From Podarcis vaucheri (Eukaryota): DNA of 64,000 bases. This document shows positions 51,147-57,125 of this stretch, one piece after another; the stretch's first letter is position 1, and every line of letters starts with the position of its first letter. The stretch lies in the NCBI GenBank assembly GCA_965113315.1, contig OZ220367.1; one strand, written 5' to 3'. The notes under the pieces were generated by a model. The model was not told the DNA's origin, did not search any database, and saw only the letters and a list, made by a program, of their open reading frames with translations. Both the position numbers and the translations under genes were made by a program.

Positions 51147-54100
51147 TCCATCCCCCCCTCGAAGCCCCCCCTTCCCCCCTCCCCGCTGTCAGGTGTGGGT
51201 GCTGGGTGCTCCATCATCATGGGAGGGAATGCTGGATACAGGTCGCTCCCCGTGGGTGGCCGCCAACTGAAGACCTCCGAGTCTTCCCCCTCGCGGTCGT
51301 CGACGTTGACTTGTTGCTCTTCCATCTCTGTACCGCCGTGCTCGAACCCGAGGTCCTCCCCGAACACGTCCATGTCAGTCTCTGCGTCGGTCGCTCGACC
51401 TGGCATCTCCAGCCACTTCCTGCGCCATTGCTCCTCTGGTCGATCGTCCCACCAATACGAGTTGCCTGATGCCGAACCTGCCGGTGAACCTTCTGGGGAA
51501 CGGGTGCTCCGTGCGGGTTCCCCTTCTGAGTCGAATCCATGGAACGTGCTGGAAGAAAGTGTGGGTGTGAACAACCAGTCGTCGAAGAAGCTCGCTGGCA
51601 TGGGTTTGTGTGGGAAGAGGGCATGAAACTCGTCCTTGAGCAGGGGTTCCTCCAAAGCGTAGTCTGGTACCCAGGTATTGGCGCTGGCCCGGGTGCCCTC
51701 TCTGGCTAAGAGGTATTCGACTCCCTCTTCCCCCCATCTGGAGTCCAAAATCTCCGTGACCTCGTTGATGTGGTCCTGGTGCTTCACCTCCCGCGTCTCC
51801 GTCCGTTCCCGGAGCGGACTTGGCGCCGTCCCTGGCTCCTGGAACCTGTGAGGTGCCTTGTAGGGAGTGAGCACCGACCTGTGGAACACCGGATGCATTC
51901 TGGAACCCTCCGGCAGCGCCAGTCGGAAGGCTACCGGGTTGATCTGCGCTTCGACTTGGTACGGACCGATCTGCTTGTGCCCCAACTTCTTCTTGGCAAG
52001 TGACCTGGTCGGCACTGCGTGGGCTGCCAACCAGACCCAGTCTCCCACTTGGATCACTTCGCCAACCCGCCTGTGCTTGTCAGCTTGCACCTTGTAGGCG
52101 TGCTTAGCTAGCTCCAGCTGCCGTCTGAGTTGATCGTGGACCGCCTGCAGCTCTGACGCGAACGCGTCCGCCGTCTGTGGTTCTCCTTCCCCCACTCTCT
52201 CCAGTCCCGGGAAGGTTCTGGGATTCCTCCCATTGTTGGCAAAGAACGGCGTCACTCCTGTGGACACGTGCTTCGTGTTGTTGTAAGCGAACTCGGCTAG
52301 CGGCAGGTAATCCACCCACGTCGCAGGCTGTTGATTGGCATAGCATCTCAGGTACTGCTGCATGATGGCATTGACCCTCTCTGCTTGCCCGTTGGTCTGC
52401 GGGTGTCTTGCTGATGCCAGATTGACCTTGACATTTAGAAAACCCATCAGCTTCTGCCAGAAAGACGAGATGAACTGGCGTCCGCGGTCGGACAGGATAG
52501 ACCGTGGCAGGCCATGCACTTTGAACACGTGATCTATGAACAGTTTGGCGGTTTGTTCCGCCGTGGCCACCTTCGCACACGGAATGAAATGTGCCATCTT
52601 GGTGAACAAGTCCACCACCACTAGCACAGCTGTCTTGCCTCTCGAGCTGGGTAGATCCGTCACAAAGTCCAGGGCCACCCTCTCCCACGGTTCAAACGGT
52701 GTTTGCAGCGGTTCTAACAGTCCCGCCGGTGGTCTGTGTACCGGCTTGGCCCTCTGGCAGGTGTCGCACCTCGCGACGTAGTCCGCGACCTCTCCTCTCA
52801 GCCTGGGCCACCAGAAGTCTCTCGCGACTAATTCCATCGTTTTCTCTGTGCCAAAGTGACCGGCCGTGGGTGCGTCGTGCAACTGTTGCAATACCTTGGC
52901 GCGAAGGTCGTCTCCTGGTACATAGACAGCCCCTTTGCGTAGGAGCAAGCCGTCCCGCACCTGGAACTCGTCCGTGGTAGCCGTGCCTCTGAGCAGTTCC
53001 GCCATCTTGTCTTGCGCGAATGAGTCGTCCCGCAATGCACGTCGCACCGCATCCAGGTCTACTGTAGCTGAGGCACACGCCCACGCCGTCGGTGCGAAGA
53101 TGTGCATGGCCGCCGCTGGCGTCACCTCTTCTAGGTATTGCGGTTTTCGGGACAGTGCATCCGCCATGATGTTGGTGTCGCCTGGGACGTACTCTATTCG
53201 GAAATTGAAGTCAGCAAAGAACTCCGCCCAACGTATCTGCCTCTGGTTCAGGAACTGAGCCGTGCGCCAGTGCTCCAGATTCTTGTGGTCCGTGCAGACC
53301 TGCACCGTGTGCTTGGCGCCGATTAGGAAGTGCCTCCACGCCTTGAAAGCTGCATGAATGGCCAGCAACTCCCTGTCCCAGATGGTGTAGTTCTGCTCCG
53401 ACTTGCTGAGCTTTCTGGAGTAGAACGCTCCCGGCCGCCACACCCCCTGCGGGTCTCGCTGCAGCAGGACAGCTCCCACGGCTCTGTCTGACGCGTCTGT
53501 CTCTACCCTCAACGGTTTACTGGGGTCGATATGCAGCAGTTGCTTCTCCGATGCGAAGAGATGCTTGAGCGCTTGAAAGGACTGTTCCGCCTGCTCCGTC
53601 CAGATGAATTTCTTTTTTTTGGAGCTGAGCGTGTCCGTAATTGCTGCCGTCTGCATCGCGAACCCCTTGATAAACTTGCGATAGAAGTTGGCGAAGCCGA
53701 CAAACCGCTGGACCTCCTTCCGGTTGCGCGGGCTCTTCCAATCCAATACCGCACGAACCTTGGTGCTGTCCATGGCTATCCCCTTGTCCGACAACTTGTA
53801 TCCCAGGAAATCCACCTCCGTCGTGTCGAACTGGCACTTCTCCAGCTTGGCGTACAGTCTATGTTGTTGCAACCTGCTGAGCACCTCCCTCACGTCTCGG
53901 TCGTGAGCTTGCTGCGAGTCAGAGAAAATCAGGATGTCATCCAGGAAGCAGACGCATGTCTTGTAGAGGAGTCCCTCCAACACGTGATGCATAAAAGCTT
54001 GAAAACAGTGAGAGCCATTTTGTAATCCAAAGGGCATAACTCTGTATTCGTAGGTGCCCAGCGGTGTGAACATGGCCGTCTTCCACTCATCGCCCTCCCG

Positions 54101-55066
54101 CATGCGGATGAGATTGTACGCCCCTCGCAGGTCCAACTTGGTGAACACGCGTCCCTTGCGCACCGTCGCGAGGAGGTCGTCAATCCTGGGCATGGGGTAA
54201 TCAGACGGTTTGGTCATCTGGTTCAAAAGGCGGTAGTCCACAACGAGTCTTTTTTGGGGCGTGTCTTTCTTTTTCACGAAGAAAACGGGACTGCCCCCCA
54301 CTGCCTTGGACTCTCTGATGAAGCCACGCTCCAGATTATGCTCGATGAACTGTTTGAGTTCCTGCATTTCATCTTCAGACATGGAGTATAGCCGCCCCTT
54401 CGGCAGCGTCGCCCCCGGTAGGAGGTCAATCTTGCAGTCATATGGCCGGTGAGGGGGTAGCTTGTCCGCCTCCTTCTCGCAGAAGACCTCCAAAAAGCTC
54501 GCGTATTTGTGGGGGACCGCTTGCAACGTTCCCAACTGCAGTTGTGATTCCTCCTCCTCTCCCTCCCGTCGGGGCAGGATGCAGTGTTCTGCGCAATAAG
54601 AGGAGCCGAAGATCAGTTGTCTCTGGTACCAAGCCAGTGTCGGACTGTGCCTGTCCAGCCAACTCATGCCCAACACAATGGGCGTGTCCGACAGTTGGGT
54701 GACATTAAAACTGATGACTTCCCTGTGGTTGCCAAGGCGCATCACCATCGGTGGCGTCTGCTTCACCACCTGCCCCCCTAGCAACTCTCTGCCATCCACT
54801 GTGACGACTTGCAGGGGCAGAGTGGCAGGCAATAGCTGTATAGCGTGCTGCTCCACAAAGCTCTGCGCTATAAAGTCTGCGTTGCTTCCAGAATCCACAG
54901 AAAGCGGCACTTCGATAGTGACGCCGTCGGGTAGCTGGAGAGATGCTGTGAGCTGCACTACTGGTTTGGGTGGGAGGGGATCCGTGGGTTGCAATATCGC
55001 TGGGGACTGCTTCACAGATGCGTCTGGCTGGGCCCCAGTGCCTCCGTCTCCAGCCAGACATCGTCG
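50516..55066 (-). CDS. pol: Pol polyprotein (protease, RT, RNase H, integrase, degenerate chromodomain, long acidic C-terminal extension), expressed as Gag-Pol by -1 frameshift
   Basis: Protease VDSGS. RT KLDLRGAY, MPFGL, FLDD. RNase H TDAS, RELLAI, TDHKNL, ADALSR. Integrase H-H-C-C (HDAPTAGH/CDTC), D-D-E (ALDF, SDRG, QAER) and GPY. Open frame 55189-50516 with no stops. Confidence 0.96.
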   Translation of the reverse strand, partial: RRCLAGDGGTGAQPDASVKQSPAILQPTDPLPPKPVVQLTASLQLPDGVTIEVPLSVDSGSNADFIAQSFVEQHAIQLLPATLPLQVVTVDGRELLGGQVVKQTPPMVMRLGNHREVISFNVTQLSDTPIVLGMSWLDRHSPTLAWYQRQLIFGSSYCAEHCILPRREGEEEESQLQLGTLQAVPHKYASFLEVFCEKEADKLPPHRPYDCKIDLLPGATLPKGRLYSMSEDEMQELKQFIEHNLERGFIRESKAVGGSPVFFVKKKDTPQKRLVVDYRLLNQMTKPSDYPMPRIDDLLATVRKGRVFTKLDLRGAYNLIRMREGDEWKTAMFTPLGTYEYRVMPFGLQNGSHCFQAFMHHVLEGLLYKTCVCFLDDILIFSDSQQAHDRDVREVLSRLQQHRLYAKLEKCQFDTTEVDFLGYKLSDKGIAMDSTKVRAVLDWKSPRNRKEVQRFVGFANFYRKFIKGFAMQTAAITDTLSSKKKKFIWTEQAEQSFQALKHLFASEKQLLHIDPSKPLRVETDASDRAVGAVLLQRDPQGVWRPGAFYSRKLSKSEQNYTIWDRELLAIHAAFKAWRHFLIGAKHTVQVCTDHKNLEHWRTAQFLNQRQIRWAEFFADFNFRIEYVPGDTNIMADALSRKPQYLEEVTPAAAMHIFAPTAWACASATVDLDAVRRALRDDSFAQDKMAELLRGTATTDEFQVRDGLLLRKGAVYVPGDDLRAKVLQQLHDAPTAGHFGTEKTMELVARDFWWPRLRGEVADYVARCDTCQRAKPVHRPPAGLLEPLQTPFEPWERVALDFVTDLPSSRGKTAVLVVVDLFTKMAHFIPCAKVATAEQTAKLFIDHVFKVHGLPRSILSDRGRQFISSFWQKLMGFLNVKVNLASARHPQTNGQAERVNAIMQQYLRCYANQQPATWVDYLPLAEFAYNNTKHVSTGVTPFFANNGRNPRTFPGLERVGEGEPQTADAFASELQAVHDQLRRQLELAKHAYKVQADKHRRVGEVIQVGDWVWLAAHAVPTRSLAKKKLGHKQIGPYQVEAQINPVAFRLALPEGSRMHPVFHRSVLTPYKAPHRFQEPGTAPSPLRERTETREVKHQDHINEVTEILDSRWGEEGVEYLLAREGTRASANTWVPDYALEEPLLKDEFHALFPHKPMPASFFDDWLFTPTLSSSTFHGFDSEGEPARSTRSPEGSPAGSASGNSYWWDDRPEEQWRRKWLEMPGRATDAETDMDVFGEDLGFEHGGTEMEEQQVNVDDREGEDSEVFSWRPPTGSDLYPAFPPMMMEHPAPTPDSGEGGRGGFEGGMDVRGSEAEKQRRVETESEGEEAEGRMSDDDDPRSPSLSSESEDSQKGAPVSRARGGSGGTPQEEGNRGDSESSSWKSGPTLKTESSREEGSQASGSGGRQQEGGHESGVVTPSSESEATVKRKVESWARAPSSNAAEAGAVSSPESEPGPKARRKEAEGSGGSASEESRREESQEGRRTQRRRERRRRWSKARVLSWCARGGDSDGSSPT
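51147..51160 (-). other. Polypurine tract
   Basis: GAGGGGGGGATGGA immediately precedes the TGTCAG start of the 3' LTR on the minus strand. Confidence 0.9.
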
Positions 55067-55072
55067 TTTCCC
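55000..55072 (-). other. -1 programmed ribosomal frameshift signal (GGGAAAC plus predicted H-type pseudoknot)
   Basis: G GGA AAC lies in the gag frame at 55072-55066, and pol is in the -1 frame. Stem GTCTGGCTGG/CCAGCCAGAC; loop CTGGGG can pair with downstream CCCCAG. Confidence 0.85.
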
Positions 55073-56088
55073 TGCTGTGGTTCTCCTTGCTGCGTTGCTG
55101 CAGTCACCATTGCTGAGGCTGCAGTGTGCTTGTGGAGCCTCCGGGGACACTCCTTCGCCAAATGGCCTGGATCCTCGCAGATGTAACACTTCCTGTTCCC
55201 TCTAGGAGGCTTCGCTTTCACTGCTGCCGGTGCTAGGGCTCTGGCTGCTGACTGAGCCCTTGCACCTCCAACCTCCATCGGTTCCCCTCCCCCTCCTGGC
55301 GGAGGTGTGGATTGCGCACGCGCTGCTTCCCTCGGAACGAAAGAGAAACTTCTCGCTGCTTCGCGCCCTCCACGTCCTTCATCTCTGCACCATGGACGTT
55401 CTTCCAGCCTCACCCCCACAGTCAGCGCCCTTTGGACCACCTCCTGCGTGCTTCGGGGCCTCTCCCCCCTTGCAATTTCATCCTTAACCGCAGAACTTAG
55501 ACCCTCCCAGAAGAGGTCTCTGACAGGGGGCGAATCCCGATCCCATTCTAAAGCACTGACCAGCGCAAAAAATCGGGCGTGATACTGCCGGACGCTCGCC
55601 CTCCCTTGTTTTAGTCCATGAATCTCCCGTCTGGCAAGATCCACATCGATAGTAGACAAAAAACACGCATCCATCGCTTTGATAAAGGCATCTGCATTCT
55701 GAAGCGCCGGATCTTTATCCCTCCACAAATTGCGCAGCCAGGCTTTGGCATCCCCATGCAAATGGGACAATATGAACCCCACCTTCTCTTCCTCATCTCT
55801 AAAGTCTTTTGCCAGCAGTTGCAGTGCGCACATTACGTCTGCTCTAAAATTAGGGTACTGTTGCAAAGTCCCATCGAAATGAGCCACAAGCCCTCCTGCT
55901 CTCCGTGCCAATCCCACGCCCTCCGGTCTGGGTCCCGGTTGCCCTTGCTTAACAAGCATTTCAAACCTGGCGTGTAGGTCTCTGTAGGCGGCTGTAGTCT
56001 CCTCCTCCCGTTTCTTGGAAGCCAATACCTCTGAGGACAACTGGGTCACTGCCTCTTGCAGCGCGGAGATCCTCTGTTCTTCCGTCAT
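55012..56088 (-). CDS. gag: Gag (coiled coil, retrotransposon capsid, CCHC zinc knuckle), 358 aa from the first ATG
   Basis: ATG at 56088 (MTEEQRISALQ). Motifs FDG, LKQG..SV..Y...F, F..GL and EPMEVG. CYICEDPGHLAKEC fits CX2CX4HX4C. Confidence 0.95.
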   Translation of the reverse strand: MTEEQRISALQEAVTQLSSEVLASKKREEETTAAYRDLHARFEMLVKQGQPGPRPEGVGLARRAGGLVAHFDGTLQQYPNFRADVMCALQLLAKDFRDEEEKVGFILSHLHGDAKAWLRNLWRDKDPALQNADAFIKAMDACFLSTIDVDLARREIHGLKQGRASVRQYHARFFALVSALEWDRDSPPVRDLFWEGLSSAVKDEIARGERPRSTQEVVQRALTVGVRLEERPWCRDEGRGGREAARSFSFVPREAARAQSTPPPGGGGEPMEVGGARAQSAARALAPAAVKAKPPRGNRKCYICEDPGHLAKECPRRLHKHTAASAMVTAATQQGEPQQGNDDVWLETEALGPSQTHL

Positions 56089-56185
56089 CTTGCTAACCTT
56101 TGTGAGCTTGCTTACAGACACCCCTCTTCCTCCCCTAGCGGCTTCTGCTCCCGCTGCGAGGTTTCAGGTTTCTGAAGCTTTAATG

Positions 56186-56196
56186 AGATGGGACTT
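56186..56196 (-). other. Primer-binding site, self-priming type (not tRNA-complementary)
   Basis: AAGTCCCATCT starts 2 nt after the 5' LTR and lacks TGG. It is complementary (10/11) to AGATGGGTCTT, located 31 nt downstream of the LTR TATA-like box. Confidence 0.7.
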
Positions 56197-56198
56197 AC

Positions 56199-56955
56199 TG
56201 TCAGAGCTGCTACCAGGTCCCAGCTCACATAGGACCACGCCACACAGCGTCCACTTTAAAAGAGTCTTTATTGAGTTACAGGTTTCATTTCCGAACTGCA
56301 GCGTGCAGCTCTACACCTTCTGCCCTAGGTCGGCGAAGACCCATCTGAGTCCCCGCCTCTTGCACACCAGCTTAATACCCTAGCCTTGCTCCACCTCCTT
56401 CGCCTCTCCCTACGTCTCTGGGTCCTTCTGCCCTCCTGGGACTCCTCCCTTCTACTCTCCTCTGACGCTGACCCCCCTGATCCTTCCGCTTCCTTTCGGC
56501 GGGCTTTGGGACCTGGCTCACTCTCCGGGCTGCTTACTGCTCCAGCTTCCGCTGCATTTGAACTTGGCGCGCGCGCCCAACTCTCTACTTTCCTCTTGAC
56601 CGTTGCCTCGCTCTCTGAGGAGGGCGTGACCACCCCTGACTCGTGCCCTCCCTCCTGCTGACGGCCTCCGGAACCCGATGCCTGGCTGCCTTCCTCCCTG
56701 CTGCTCTCAGTCTTGAGCGTGGGTCCCGACTTCCAGCTGCTGCTCTCTGAATCTCCTCTGTTCCCTTCCTCCTGGGGTGTCCCCCCGGATCCCCCCCTTG
56801 CTCTGCTCACTGGGGCTCCCTTTTGGGAGTCCTCTGACTCACTGCTTAGGCTTGGAGATCTCGGGTCGTCATCATCACTCATTCTCCCTTCGGCTTCCTC
56901 CCCCTCGCTCTCTGTTTCCACCCTTCTCTGCTTCTCTGCTTCTGAACCCCTGACA
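56199..56955 (-). repeat. 5' LTR (757 bp)
   Basis: Direct repeat of 50390-51146. TATTAA at 56377-56372; predicted TSS about 56346. Confidence 0.97.
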
Positions 56956-56960
56956 AGTAC

Positions 56961-57125
56961 CTTGGGTTAAGAACTTTACTTCAGGATGAGAACAGAAATC
57001 GTGTTCCGGCAGCACAGCGGCAGTGGGAGGCCCCGTTAGCTAAAGTGGTGTTTCAGGTTAAGAACAGTTTCAGGTTAAGAACGGACCTCCAGAACGAATT
57101 AAGTACTTAACCCGAAGTACCACTG
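56961..57125. mobile_element. CAGTGGTACC MITE copy 5, right part
   Basis: CTTGGGTTAAGAACTTT...AGTACCACTG-TA completes the MITE begun at 50313. Confidence 0.93.

Larger units (their letters stand above)
50390..56955 (-). mobile_element. Full-length Ty3/Gypsy LTR retrotransposon (chromovirus, Tf1/Sushi-like), 6566 bp
   Basis: Two 757-bp direct repeats with TGTCA...TGACA ends. 5-bp TSD AGTAC (50385-50389, 56956-56960). Intact gag and PR-RT-RH-IN-chromodomain order. Confidence 0.98.

Noticed and set aside
50904-51626. 240-aa plus-strand ORF and other antisense ORFs over the retrotransposon
   Set aside because: Non-ATG starts and Ser/Pro/Leu-rich content mirror the purine-rich sense frame. No domain is recognisable.
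55067-55189. N-terminal part of the 1557-aa pol ORF call
   Set aside because: It starts at a non-ATG codon and lies upstream of the slippery site, so it is probably never translated in this frame.
56325-56921. 198-aa ORF in the 5' LTR as an independent gene
   Set aside because: It is the duplicate of the pol tail, starts at GTG and lies almost entirely upstream of the predicted TSS. It is covered under the coding-U3 finding.
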